Assembly: GCF_000737315.1 (NCBI RefSeq)
Contig: NZ_JMCB01000006.1
Location: forward strand, 206,001 to 268,000
Length of the DNA stretch: 62,000 nt
Source: Hyalangium minutum
GTDB lineage: Bacteria; Myxococcota; Myxococcia; Myxococcales; Myxococcaceae
Direction of reading: 5' to 3'
The position numbers were made by a program, and so were the translations under genes. The notes beneath the pieces are model-generated. The model was not told where the DNA came from. It made no database searches and worked only from the letters and a program-made list of their open reading frames with translations. Shown here piece after piece: positions 44,890 to 54,728 of this stretch. Within the stretch, counting starts at the first letter, position 1; every line of letters begins with the position of its first letter.

Positions 44890-47727
44890 TCACTTCGTGG
44901 GTGGAGGCGTCTCCCCAGGTGCCGTGGCCGGCGCTGCAGCCGTGGCCCCACCCGGTGCGTCCACCTTGAAGCCCGCTCGCTCCAGCATGGCCCGCATCTC
45001 GGAGCGCGCCACCGACTTGCTCAGCGCCTCGTTCGGCTCGATGACCTTCTTCTTCACCAAGTCGAGCAGCGAGTCGTTCAGCGTCACCATCCCCTGCCCG
45101 CGCGACGTCTGCATCACCGAGGGAATCTGGAACGTCTTCCCCTCGCGGATCAGGTTCGACACCGAGCCCGTGCACAGCAGCACTTCCTGCGCCGCCACCC
45201 GCCCGCCGCCGATGCGCTTGCACAACGTCTGGGCAACGACGGCCTTGAGCGACTCGGAGAGCATCATCCGGATCTGCGGCTGACGATCCGCCGGGAACTG
45301 GTCGATGATGCGGTCCACCGTGGACGCCGCCGTGTTCGTGTGCAGCGTCCCGAACACCAGGTGCCCCGTCTCCGCCGTCTCGATGGCCGTGGCGATCGTC
45401 TCCAGGTCCCGCATCTCGCCCACCAGCACCACGTCCGGATCCTCGCGCAGCGCCGCCCTCAGCGCGTTCTTGAACGAGGCCGTGTGCACCCCCACCTCGC
45501 GCTGGTGCACCAGGCAGCTCTTGTTCTTGTGGACGAACTCGATCGGGTCCTCCACCGTGATGATGTGGTCCTCACGGTGGCGGTTCACGTAGTCGATCAG
45601 CGCCGCCAGCGTCGTGGACTTGCCGCTCCCCGTCGGCCCCGTCACCAGCACCAGCCCCTTCGTCAGGAAGCACAGGTCCAGCACGTGCCGCGGCAGGCCG
45701 ATCTCCTCCGCCGTGCGGATCTTGTTGGGGATCTGCCGCAGCACCGCGGCAATGCCCCTCCGATCCTCGAAGATGTTCACGCGGAAGCGCGCCGCCGACG
45801 TCTCGTAGGCAAAGTCCGTGTCGCGCAGTTCCTCCCACTGCCTCCGGTTCTTGTCCGGAGCGATGCTGAAGAGCATCGCCTGGAGCTTCTCGTGGGTGAT
45901 GACGCCGTAGTCCTCGATGGCCACCATGTCGCCGTCGATGCGCATGTGCGGCAGCGTCTCGCTCGTCAGGTGCAGGTCCGAGGCCTCACGCTCCAGCATC
46001 TCCTTCATCAGCGCGAGCATCTGCGCCTCAGCCGCGCGCCGGTGGTCCTGGGCCTCCTCGACGGAGACGGCGGGCGCGGCGGGCGTCAGCACGGGAGCCG
46101 CTGCGGCAGCCACGGGCACCGGGGCCTGAGTCACAGGAGCCGCAGGGGCAACCTGGACAGGCGGAGTGACCGGAGTGGGCGGCACCGGAGCGACCGGTGT
46201 AGCGGGAGCCACGGGAGCCGCAGCCGGTGCGGCGGCCACAGGCACCGGAGGAAGCGTCGAAGGCGCTGCGGGAGCGGCCGGCGCCGTTGAAGCAGCAGGC
46301 GCGGAGATAGGAGCGGCTGGAAGGGGAATCGGCGGGAGGGTGGTCGGCCCCGCCGGTGCGGCGGGCGCAGCCACAGTGGCGGTGGGTGCAGGCACCGGCG
46401 CGGTGGTGACCGGTGGCGCCGGAGTGATCGGAGCGGCCGGAAGGGGAATCGGCGGGAGGGTGGTCGGCCCCGCCGAAGCAGCAGGAGCGGCCGCTGCAGG
46501 AACAGGAACCGGCGGGTGCGTCGCAGGCCCTGCATGCGCTACCGGAGCGGCCACAGCGGTGACAGGAACTGGCGAGCGCGTCTCGGGCACGGCAGCGATT
46601 GGAGCCGCCGCAGCCACAGCGGGAGCAGGAACCGGAACCGGTGGATGCGTCGCAGATCCCGCGGGAGCAACAGCAGCAGGAACCGGAACCGGCGGATGCG
46701 TCGCAGGTCCAGCAGGAGCCACCAGAGCGGCCGTGGCAGGAACCGGAACCGGCGCGTGAGTCGCAGGTCCAGCAGGAGCCACCGGAGCGGCCGTGGCAGG
46801 AACCGGAACCGGCGGATGCGTCGCAGGTCCAGCAGGAGCCACCGGAGCGGCCGTGGCGGGAACAGGGACCGACGGATGCGCTGCAGGTCCTGCGGGAGCC
46901 ACCGGAGCGGCGGCGGGAACAGGAATCGGCGCGTGAGTCGCAGGTCCCGCTGCACCAGGAGCCGCCGCAGCCGGAGCAGGAACCGGCGCGTGAGTCGCAG
47001 GCCCCGCATGCGCGATAGGCGTAGCGGGAAGAGGAATGGGCGGGAGGGTGGACGGTCCCCGCTGAGCGGCCGGAGCCGCTGGCACAGCGGCAGGCGCGGC
47101 AGCCGTCGGCACCGGAGGCATCGTGAGAGGCCGCGCGGGAGCGACACGCGCGGGAGCAGCCGCCACCACCGGAGCCGCAGGAGTCTCCGCGAAGGCATTC
47201 GAAGGAATCGGCGCGGGCGTCACCGCCACCGGAGCGGAAGATGCGGCCGCGGCGTTCGGCACCTGCGCGTAGACGACCGCGGGCGCCGGGGGCTCTAGCT
47301 CGAGCGGGGGCGTTGCCGGCGCCTCCTGCGCGATCGTTCCTGGGTCGACAGCCCGGGCCGCCAGCTCGAGCATCTCGTACGGCGAGGCCAGCTCGAACTT
47401 CTCCTCCTCCGCGGGCGCCGGAAGCTGCGTGAAGGGCACCATCGACACCTTCACATGGCCCTGCACGTGCTCCAGCGTCACCTGCACCTGGCCCGCCGGC
47501 GCGGCATACGGGAACGCGAGCGTGCCCTCCGGCGGGAAGCCGGAACGCCGCTCCGCGGGCAGCAGTTCCCCAATCGCGCTGAGTATCTGCGGAGTGGTGA
47601 GGTTCTGCTTCAGCACCGGTAGGAGCCCGTTGGGGGTGCGCATGTTCACACCGCCCCCGGTCTCGATCTGCAGTTCCTGACCGGAGTCCTTGAAGAGCTT
47701 TTCGATGATGGGGTCGAGCCTGGCCAT
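44890..47727 (-). CDS. pilT: PilT/PilU-family ATPase with extra N-terminal PilT-N-like domain and long Pro/Ala linker
   Basis: ASDLHL, GPTGSGKSTT, ITVEDPIE, VLVGEMRD, GHLVFGTLHTN, SNLIREGK; probably a paralogue, not the main retraction ATPase. Confidence 0.85.
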   Translation of the reverse strand: MARLDPIIEKLFKDSGQELQIETGGGVNMRTPNGLLPVLKQNLTTPQILSAIGELLPAERRSGFPPEGTLAFPYAAPAGQVQVTLEHVQGHVKVSMVPFTQLPAPAEEEKFELASPYEMLELAARAVDPGTIAQEAPATPPLELEPPAPAVVYAQVPNAAAASSAPVAVTPAPIPSNAFAETPAAPVVAAAPARVAPARPLTMPPVPTAAAPAAVPAAPAAQRGPSTLPPIPLPATPIAHAGPATHAPVPAPAAAAPGAAGPATHAPIPVPAAAPVAPAGPAAHPSVPVPATAAPVAPAGPATHPPVPVPATAAPVAPAGPATHAPVPVPATAALVAPAGPATHPPVPVPAAVAPAGSATHPPVPVPAPAVAAAAPIAAVPETRSPVPVTAVAAPVAHAGPATHPPVPVPAAAAPAASAGPTTLPPIPLPAAPITPAPPVTTAPVPAPTATVAAPAAPAGPTTLPPIPLPAAPISAPAASTAPAAPAAPSTLPPVPVAAAPAAAPVAPATPVAPVPPTPVTPPVQVAPAAPVTQAPVPVAAAAAPVLTPAAPAVSVEEAQDHRRAAEAQMLALMKEMLEREASDLHLTSETLPHMRIDGDMVAIEDYGVITHEKLQAMLFSIAPDKNRRQWEELRDTDFAYETSAARFRVNIFEDRRGIAAVLRQIPNKIRTAEEIGLPRHVLDLCFLTKGLVLVTGPTGSGKSTTLAALIDYVNRHREDHIITVEDPIEFVHKNKSCLVHQREVGVHTASFKNALRAALREDPDVVLVGEMRDLETIATAIETAETGHLVFGTLHTNTAASTVDRIIDQFPADRQPQIRMMLSESLKAVVAQTLCKRIGGGRVAAQEVLLCTGSVSNLIREGKTFQIPSVMQTSRGQGMVTLNDSLLDLVKKKVIEPNEALSKSVARSEMRAMLERAGFKVDAPGGATAAAPATAPGETPPPTK
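46321..46475 (-). repeat. Two identical 35-bp blocks 120 bp apart (GPTTLPPIPLP)
   Basis: AAGGGGAATCGGCGGGAGGGTGGTCGGCCCCGCCG at 46321 and 46441. Confidence 0.85.
46630..47010 (-). repeat. 60-bp (20-aa) coding tandem repeat in the PilT linker
   Basis: Three near-identical copies at 46681, 46741, 46801 plus degenerate flanking copies; unit APVAPAGPATHPPVPVPATA. Confidence 0.9.
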
Positions 47728-47881
47728 GGCTTCGCTCGATGTAGCACGAGAGCGACAACCCCTCCCAGTCCACGCCGAGGTAGCGTCCTCCCTCCCACAC
47801 CACGAGGACACGCCAAAATTACAGACCGGTTAATCCCGGAATGCCTGCCTGCTCCCAGTCTGAAGTCCGAGCGCTCCCTGC

Positions 47882-48979
47882 TCAGCGCGACGCAGTGCGC
47901 GAGGCCAGCTCGCGCTCCACGAAGAGCCGGAGGATGTGCAGAAAGTCCTGCGCGTTGGTGACGACGCCGAAGGCCTGGTGCGTCCCGCGGTCCTTCAGCT
48001 TGCTCACCACGAATTCGGACGAGTCCACGCAAATGGTCGCCAGTTCTCTCAGCGAGCCGTCGGTCTCGGTGCAGAACGAGGGCAGCATGTTCCCCGTGGC
48101 AATCGCGTGCAGCGCCGTGGCGATCATCACCGCCATCGTCGCCTTCACCGTGTGGCGCCGCATCGCGTCCTGCGCCGCCAGGTTGTCCGTCACCACGTCC
48201 GGCAGCGGCCCGTCATCGCGAATCGAGCCCGTCAGCACGAACGGCACCCCGTGCACCACGCACGCGTGCATGATGCCGTCCTGGATGAGCCCTCGCTCCA
48301 CCGCCTTCGCGATGGAGCCCGCCCCGCGCACCTGGTTGATGGCGCGCATGTGCAGGCCGTGGCCGCCCGAGGTCGCCTCGCCCGCCCCGCTCATGCCCAG
48401 CGTGGTGCCGAAGATGGACGCTTCGATGTCATGCACCGCCACCGCATTGCCCGCCAGCAGCGCCTTCACGAACCCGTTGGCGACGAACCACGTCATGTCC
48501 GCCCGCGCCCGCGAGTGCACCAGCGCCGGCCCCGTCACCCACACCGGATAGCCCCCGCGCTCGCGCTCCTCCACCAGCAGCCGGGCCATGCGCGCGTAGT
48601 CGATGGGCTTCTCGCGCGACACCTCGCTCGTCATGAACTTGAACTCGCCCTCCGCGCCCCCCGCCAGCCACGAGGCGTGCACGTAGACGCCCTGGCTCCC
48701 GTCCTCCGCCTGCCCCATCGCCACCCGCTCGCCCTGGCGCACCCGCCGCCCCTCCCGCGTCCACAGCTCCCCGTTCGCGTCCAGCACCAGCGCGCAGTCC
48801 ATCCGAGGCTCGCGCGGCATGCGCCAGCGCCCTCCCACTCGCACGTAGGTGGGCAGGTTCGTCGTGGAGAAGAAGCCCTCGGGCAGGACACCATCGGCCG
48901 GCGCGGGCTCGAAGCGCGCGTCCGGGGCTCGCGCGAAGCGCTCGGCGCTGAAGTCAGGGTGCGGAATCGTCGTGCTCAC
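47882..48979 (-). CDS. TIGR00300-family protein (LOR/SDH; ornithine cyclodeaminase-like, AgrE/ArgZ C-terminal-like)
   Basis: FFSTTNLPTYV, MDCALV, FKFMTSEVSREK, LAGNAVAVHDIE, GSIRDDGPLP, LHAIATGNMLP, KLKDRG. Confidence 0.8.
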   Translation of the reverse strand: MSTTIPHPDFSAERFARAPDARFEPAPADGVLPEGFFSTTNLPTYVRVGGRWRMPREPRMDCALVLDANGELWTREGRRVRQGERVAMGQAEDGSQGVYVHASWLAGGAEGEFKFMTSEVSREKPIDYARMARLLVEERERGGYPVWVTGPALVHSRARADMTWFVANGFVKALLAGNAVAVHDIEASIFGTTLGMSGAGEATSGGHGLHMRAINQVRGAGSIAKAVERGLIQDGIMHACVVHGVPFVLTGSIRDDGPLPDVVTDNLAAQDAMRRHTVKATMAVMIATALHAIATGNMLPSFCTETDGSLRELATICVDSSEFVVSKLKDRGTHQAFGVVTNAQDFLHILRLFVERELASRTASR

Positions 48980-49151
48980 CCCGCCACCATGGACGGACGC
49001 CCCACCCGGTTCAAGCACACTGGCCAACCCCCGGGACTTCCAGGAGAAACTCCGCCTGGAAACTCCCGGGAAAATGGCCCCGCAACTTCCGCCCGCCGCT
49101 TGGGTTCATGAGGCCAGAGACGCTGCCGGCACCGCCGGCAAGAACCCAAGG

Positions 49152-49475
49152 ATGACAACCATGATGAAGACCTTCTCTCTGGCAGTGGCGGTGGTGGTGG
49201 GCGTGATGATGGCGGCTCCGGCCGAGGCGGCTCGCGCGGACCGGCGGCAGGTGAAGCAGCAGGCGCGCATCGTCCAGGGCGTGAACAGTGGCGAGCTGAC
49301 GAAGCGAGAGGCCGCGCGGCTCGAGGTGCAGCACCTGGCCGTGAAGCGCGAGGTCCACCAGGCCCGCGCCGATGACGGCCACATCGACGCCGCCGAGCGC
49401 GCGAAGATCGAGCGCCACCAGGACCGGCTCAACCGCCGCATCTACGTCCAGAAGCACGACGGCCAGTCGCGCTGA
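49152..49475 (+). CDS. Small secreted helical-repeat protein
   Basis: Signal peptide; QQARIVQGVNSGELTKREAARLE…DGHIDAAERAKI…RRIYVQKHD. Confidence 0.75.
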   Translation: MTTMMKTFSLAVAVVVGVMMAAPAEAARADRRQVKQQARIVQGVNSGELTKREAARLEVQHLAVKREVHQARADDGHIDAAERAKIERHQDRLNRRIYVQKHDGQSR

Positions 49476-49556
49476 GCCTGCCTCGCCGACTCTCCGACAC
49501 TCCCTGGCGGGGGAGCGAGCAACGGCCGGGACCGGACGCTACAATGGGTCCTGATC

Positions 49557-50348
49557 GTGGAACGCACCCGCCAGGCCCCTCCGGCCTCCTCCGACGAGAG
49601 CGAGGCTGTCTCCCTCCCCTCTGTCGAGGGAGAGGAGGCCGCCGTCTCCCGTGCCGAGCGCCCGAGGGTCTCCGTCCCGGAGGACCTGCCACCACTGGCC
49701 ACGCTGGTGGAGGAGGTTCGCGCTCCAGGCGCTGGCCGCGCCGAGGTCGACGCGCTGCTCGCGGGCCTCTCCCAGCCGCTGCCCCCCGAGCACTCCCCGC
49801 GTGAGCGCGCCGACCTGCTCCTGTCAGTCATCGGAGACGAGGTGATCGCCACCTATACGGGCTCGGACGGCGGCACGGTGCGCGGGGCCGCGATCCAGGC
49901 ATTGATCGCGCTCGGCTATCCCTATGCCCTGGAAGTCCCTCCCGAAGCGCTGGAGGCCTTCTCCCGCGAGAAGGGAGCCCTGGACAGCCTCTCCGCCGGC
50001 ACGAGCGGGTCCGGGTTCGGGCTCGTCATCCTGGCCGCCGTGGCGCAGGCCGCCTATGTGGGCTACGCGCTCCTGGCGGAAGGGCTCCCCACATTCACGG
50101 CGGGGGCCGCCCTCGCCATCATCTTCGCCACCACGCTGCTCCCCGCCCTCCTGGCCATGGGGGGGCAGCGAACGGGCTCCAGCGGCCTCAAGAAGGTGGG
50201 CACCGTCTGGCTGAAGATCGTCTCCTGCCTCTGGGCCGCCGTCGGCCTCCTGTCCCTGGGCAGCCTGGCGTTCGCCCTGATTCCCCTCATCCTGGCGGCC
50301 CTCATCTACTGCGGTGCCCGGTTCATGGACTCGCCGGACGAGCGCTGA
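49557..50348 (+). CDS. Hypothetical membrane protein
   Basis: Soluble acidic N-terminus followed by four hydrophobic segments. Confidence 0.65.
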   Translation: MERTRQAPPASSDESEAVSLPSVEGEEAAVSRAERPRVSVPEDLPPLATLVEEVRAPGAGRAEVDALLAGLSQPLPPEHSPRERADLLLSVIGDEVIATYTGSDGGTVRGAAIQALIALGYPYALEVPPEALEAFSREKGALDSLSAGTSGSGFGLVILAAVAQAAYVGYALLAEGLPTFTAGAALAIIFATTLLPALLAMGGQRTGSSGLKKVGTVWLKIVSCLWAAVGLLSLGSLAFALIPLILAALIYCGARFMDSPDER

Positions 50349-50508
50349 CGCTCCCGGGACTCCATCCCACCCCCGTCTTTCCGGGCACTTCCACACCCGC
50401 ACCTCAATTCTCGGGAAATGTGGGGAAAAATAATCTGGATACGCAACTTGTGGGACTCAGGTTTCGAGAATCCTGGCAAATCTTCCAGCCGCTCTCGGAG
50501 CCCGCCCC

Positions 50509-51207
50509 ATGAACTACCGCATTCAGTCTGGCGACACCCTCTCTCGGATTGCTCGCAACTACGGCACCTCCGTCAGCGCGCTGATGAAGGCCAATCCGCA
50601 GATCCAGGACGCCAACAAGATTTACTCCGGGCGCTCGCTGAACATCCCCGGGTCGCGTGACGAGTTCATCCCCAGCAGCGGCCGTCCGGGCTCCGCGGGC
50701 CGTCCTTCCGCTCCCTCGCAGGCGGGTGGCGCCACGGGCCCCTCGGCTCCGTCGGAGGGCACGCGCGGCCCCGGTGGCAGCCCGTTCGACATCGCCCAGG
50801 CGAACCTGGGCAAGAACGCCGGCTCGCTGAAGATGGAGAAGAGCGGCGTGGGCGCGGACATGGAGGACTGGGTCCCGAACGACGTGAACTGCGCCAACTT
50901 CGTCTCCGCGTGCCTGGAGCAGGCCGGCCAGATCAAGGACAGCCAGCACAACAACTCGGTGTACGGCCTGCAGGGCAACCTGGACAAGGACCCGAACTTC
51001 AAGCGCGTCTCGCTGGCCGAGGCCAAGCCGGGCGACGTGGTGAGCATGAAGACGCCGGGCGGGCAGCATGTGGTGATGTTCGCGGGCATGAAGGATGGCA
51101 AGCCCCAGTTCATCGGTTCGAACAACGTGAACCCGGACGGCTCCCAGAAGATCACCATCTCGTCGATGAACTACCCCATCATGTCGATCCACCAGTATCG
51201 TGGCTGA
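50509..51207 (+). CDS. LysM domain protein with C-terminal papain-fold amidase (NlpC/P60/CHAP-like)
   Basis: YRIQSGDTLSRIARNYGTSVSALMKANPQI…IYSGRSLNIP; NCANFVSACL and GQHVVMF. Confidence 0.8.
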   Translation: MNYRIQSGDTLSRIARNYGTSVSALMKANPQIQDANKIYSGRSLNIPGSRDEFIPSSGRPGSAGRPSAPSQAGGATGPSAPSEGTRGPGGSPFDIAQANLGKNAGSLKMEKSGVGADMEDWVPNDVNCANFVSACLEQAGQIKDSQHNNSVYGLQGNLDKDPNFKRVSLAEAKPGDVVSMKTPGGQHVVMFAGMKDGKPQFIGSNNVNPDGSQKITISSMNYPIMSIHQYRG

Positions 51208-51313
51208 GACAGTCTGAAATATCCGGTTGGAGCCTTCATCCCCCACTTCAGCCGTCCATCACGGGGCACCCGTCTCATCCCAGCGGGCGCCCCGTGTCAT
51301 TTGCGGGGTAGGG

Positions 51314-51718
51314 CTACTGGGGCGGGGCCCAGGACAGCCCGTAGAAGCCCAGCGTCGTGTCGAGCACCGAGCGCAGTTCGCCGATACTCCACGGGCGGGC
51401 CAGGGTGAAGTGGCTCACGGAGCCTCGCCGCAGGGAGGAGGCCTGCGCCCGCTCCAGCACACTCGAGAGCAGGATGCGGGGGCCCTCGTAGGCGTGGTCC
51501 ACCAGCCGGGCCAGGAACCACGGGGCGCCGAGCGCATCGCTCAAGTCCAGATCCACGATGATGGCCGCGATCGCAGGGCGCGCCGAGAGCTGACGCACGG
51601 CGGAGGCGAAAGTGGTGGCGTTGAGCAGCTCGAAATCCCGAGCCAGCTCGCGGGCCACGGCGTTACGCACTGCGGCGGCCTCCGCGACGATGAGGACCAC
51701 GGGCAGCAGGTCCGACAC
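51314..51718 (-). CDS. Stand-alone atypical receiver domain (start uncertain, could be 51889)
   Basis: VLIVAE…AIIVDLDL…RILLSS…LARPW; acidic pair and Lys degenerate. Confidence 0.55.
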   Translation of the reverse strand: MSDLLPVVLIVAEAAAVRNAVARELARDFELLNATTFASAVRQLSARPAIAAIIVDLDLSDALGAPWFLARLVDHAYEGPRILLSSVLERAQASSLRRGSVSHFTLARPWSIGELRSVLDTTLGFYGLSWAPPQ

Positions 51719-51981
51719 GGGCCGTTCGAGAGGCGTGGCGTGCGGCGAGGGTGTGCCCTGGAGCCACGGCGCGGGCAGAGCCACACTGTCCTGCACGAGC
51801 GGCCGGCGGCGGAGCGTGGGGCGCTCCGTGCTCAGGGCGTGACGGACGGCGGCTTGGAGACCAGCACTGGAGAGGGGCAGTCTGGACACGCGAGCAGGGT
51901 ACGCCTCGGCTCTTGCGTGAATCAATCGCGCGAAGCGCTTGCGTACATGCCCCGCGGGACGAGGCCTTCGTGCGGTAACGC

Positions 51982-53202
51982 CTACTCGGCCACGAGTGTC
52001 AGCTCGGTGATCTCTGGCGCAGGGCCCAGGCGCAGCGGAGGCCCCCAGTAGCCGGTGCCCCGGCTCGTGTACACGCGAACGCCAGCGATGTGCGCGAGTC
52101 CCCGGATCACGGGCTGCTGGAGCTTCACGAAGAACATGAAGGGGAACAGCTGCCCGCCGTGGGTGTGTCCGGAGAGCTGCAGATCCACTCCCAGGTTCTT
52201 GGCCAGGAAGGCCGTGCGCGGCTGGTGGGCCAGGAGCACGCGCGGCACGCCCTCGGGAGCGCCCGCCAGCGCCAAGTCCGGACGGCACGCGTGGGCCGGA
52301 TCCATCCGCCCTCCCTCATGGTCCGTCACGCCTGCGACGACGAGCCGGGCCTCCGAGCGCTCCACCACACGGTGCTCGTTGTGCAGCACGGTGAGGCCCA
52401 GCCCGGAGACCTCGGCGGCCCAGGCGGCGCCTCCGTGGTAGTACTCGTGGTTGCCGGTGACGTAGTAGACGCCGAGCGGAGCGCGCAGCTCCGAGAGGGG
52501 CTTCACCTCCTCGCGCAGCGTGCGGACGCTGCCGTCCACCAGGTCTCCCGTCACCGCGATGATGTCCGGCTGCAAGGCGTTCACCTGCTCCACGACGCGC
52601 CGCAGGAAGTGCCGGTCGAGGGTGGGGCCGATGTGGATGTCGGAGATCTGCACCACGCGGACGCCGTGCAGCCCACTGCCGAGCTTCTTCACGGGGATCT
52701 TCAGCCGCTCGATGCGAGCCCGGCCGCGCGCAGTGAGGAAGGCGAAGGCGAGCGCTGGCAGCACCACGGCAAGGATGGCCACGGCCTTGCCCCGGGCGAG
52801 CGCCAGGGCCTCGGGCGCGGAGCCGAGCAGGTTCCAGAGGCCGACGACGAGGTCCGCCACGAGCACGGAGGGGAGAAGCAGGCCGAAGGTGCCCAGCCAC
52901 AGCATGGAGGTCCAGTACAGCACCTGATTGAGCAGGGTGGGCCGGCGGCGGGACGCGATGAACCCCAGCGGGATGGAGAAGAAGAGCAGCCACAGGGCGG
53001 TCCAGCCAATCGCCGTCCACGGCTGTCCGAGGTTCGGCTCCGACAGCAGCCGGAGCCCGATGTAGCCGTGGAGGGCGCCCACGAGGCTCACGGCGAAGAG
53101 CATCGCTACGAGGCCGCGGATGACGAGCCCGATGGGAATCTGGCTCAGCGGGACTCCGTCCTGCTGCGGCTCGTGCTCCATGCGCTGGGAGGCCTGCGAC
53201 AT
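51982..53202 (-). CDS. Membrane-anchored metallophosphoesterase (YkuE/YaeI-like)
   Basis: ISDIHIG, TGDLVDG, TGNHEYY, LAHQP, GHTHGGQ; N-terminal TM helices. Confidence 0.92.
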   Translation of the reverse strand: MSQASQRMEHEPQQDGVPLSQIPIGLVIRGLVAMLFAVSLVGALHGYIGLRLLSEPNLGQPWTAIGWTALWLLFFSIPLGFIASRRRPTLLNQVLYWTSMLWLGTFGLLLPSVLVADLVVGLWNLLGSAPEALALARGKAVAILAVVLPALAFAFLTARGRARIERLKIPVKKLGSGLHGVRVVQISDIHIGPTLDRHFLRRVVEQVNALQPDIIAVTGDLVDGSVRTLREEVKPLSELRAPLGVYYVTGNHEYYHGGAAWAAEVSGLGLTVLHNEHRVVERSEARLVVAGVTDHEGGRMDPAHACRPDLALAGAPEGVPRVLLAHQPRTAFLAKNLGVDLQLSGHTHGGQLFPFMFFVKLQQPVIRGLAHIAGVRVYTSRGTGYWGPPLRLGPAPEITELTLVAE

Positions 53203-53385
53203 CGTTCGTTCGCTCCCCCGCGGCACCGGCTCTGCCGCTGGACTCGGAGCCCCCAGCATAACGGGCGAGCACAGGCGCCGCCCGACATCCGGCAGCCTGC
53301 TTTGGGTTCAGGCTTGCTCTCTTACCCTTCGTTTCTCCTCTGGATTCTCGCGGTAGGCTCGGGTGTTTGCTAGGAGCACACTCGT

Positions 53386-54711
53386 ATGAGCCTGGACGTC
53401 CCATTCCTGCGCAGCTTCTTTCGAGCTGTCACCGATCGGCCCATCGAGTTCGATGATGGAGAGCCGTCTACCTACGTGCGGCTCTACGACTCGCCCGCGC
53501 TGGCACCACACGATCCAGTGGAGATGTTGGCTCGGCCCATCGAGTTCGCGCTCGGAAGCAGTGTCCAGCTCTTCTCTGGCTTCCGCGGCTCGGGCAAGAG
53601 CACGGAACTGCGCCGACTCCGCCAGCGGTTGCTCCAGCAGGGTTACAAGGTCGTCCTCTGCGACATTGAGGACTACCTCAACCTCTCGCAGAATGTGGAC
53701 GTGAGCGACTTCCTCATGGCCCTGGCTGGAGCCTTTGGGGAAGGCCTGCGTGCACAAGGCTACCTGAGCGGCGATCCTGCCGAGGAGAACTACTGGGACC
53801 GGCTGGTCGTCTTCCTCAAGGACACGGAGATCCGCATTCCCGAGGTAGGCGCGGGCGGACTGCTCAAGGCCTCGCTCAAGAGCGATCCTTCATTCCGTCA
53901 GAAGCTTCAGGAGCGCATGGCAGGGCACCTGGGCGCGCTCGTTGAGAGCATCCGCACTTTTTTCTCCTCCTGCATCCAGCGCATCAAGAAGAAGTTCGGC
54001 CAAGACACCGAGGTCGTCCTCCTCGTCGACTCGATGGAGCACATCCGAGGAACCTCCACCAACGCCGTGGGCGTGCAGGACTCGGTGATCAACCTTTTCA
54101 CAAGTCACAGCGACAAGCTCCAGTTCGCCGACCTGCATGTCGTCTACACCATCCCGCCCTACCTCAAGGTCCTGTACCAGAACCTCGGGACCCTCTACGC
54201 GCCGGGTGGTGTCTTCGTGCTTCCCACCCTCAAGATCCGCAACAAGGAGGGCTCCGAGGTCTTCCAGCCGGGTCTCGACCTCATGGAAAAGCTCATCTCC
54301 CGCCGGGGCGACTGGCGCAAGCTGCTGGGCGACAACCGCCAGACGCTCGATGAGATCAGCAAGCTCTCGGGTGGGCACCTGCGTGACTTTCTCCGTCTCT
54401 TCGCCGAGATCATCCGCCGTGCGGACAAGCTACCTGTACCGGATGCCACCCTCCAGGCTGCGATTTCCCAAGTCCGCTCCGAGTTCCTCCCTATTGCGGA
54501 CAAGGACGCGATCTGGCTGTCGAAGATTGCCGCCACCCACAGCGTCGCTTTGCCTGACAACAAGGACCTGCACGATCTGGCGCGTTACCTCGATACCCAT
54601 CTGGCGCTCTGCTACCGGAACGGTGACGAGTGGTATGACGTGCATCCTCTGGTGCGCGATGTGGTGCTGAATCAGGCGAAAGCCCTGACACCGGCTCCCG
54701 CCAAGCCGTAG
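53386..54711 (+). CDS. P-loop ATPase (AAA+/STAND-like)
   Basis: Walker A GFRGSGKS, Walker B VLLVDSMEH, SGGHLRDF, C-terminal WYDVHPLV. Confidence 0.85.
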   Translation: MSLDVPFLRSFFRAVTDRPIEFDDGEPSTYVRLYDSPALAPHDPVEMLARPIEFALGSSVQLFSGFRGSGKSTELRRLRQRLLQQGYKVVLCDIEDYLNLSQNVDVSDFLMALAGAFGEGLRAQGYLSGDPAEENYWDRLVVFLKDTEIRIPEVGAGGLLKASLKSDPSFRQKLQERMAGHLGALVESIRTFFSSCIQRIKKKFGQDTEVVLLVDSMEHIRGTSTNAVGVQDSVINLFTSHSDKLQFADLHVVYTIPPYLKVLYQNLGTLYAPGGVFVLPTLKIRNKEGSEVFQPGLDLMEKLISRRGDWRKLLGDNRQTLDEISKLSGGHLRDFLRLFAEIIRRADKLPVPDATLQAAISQVRSEFLPIADKDAIWLSKIAATHSVALPDNKDLHDLARYLDTHLALCYRNGDEWYDVHPLVRDVVLNQAKALTPAPAKP

Positions 54712-54728
54712 CGAGGAGCGGAGGCAAG

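Noticed and set aside
46028-47803. Alternative-frame ORFs over the PilT linker (591 aa Cys/Gly-rich; EPEP-rich 46599-47018)
   Set aside because: Frame shadows of a GC-rich low-complexity repeat; only the PilT frame joins recognisable domains
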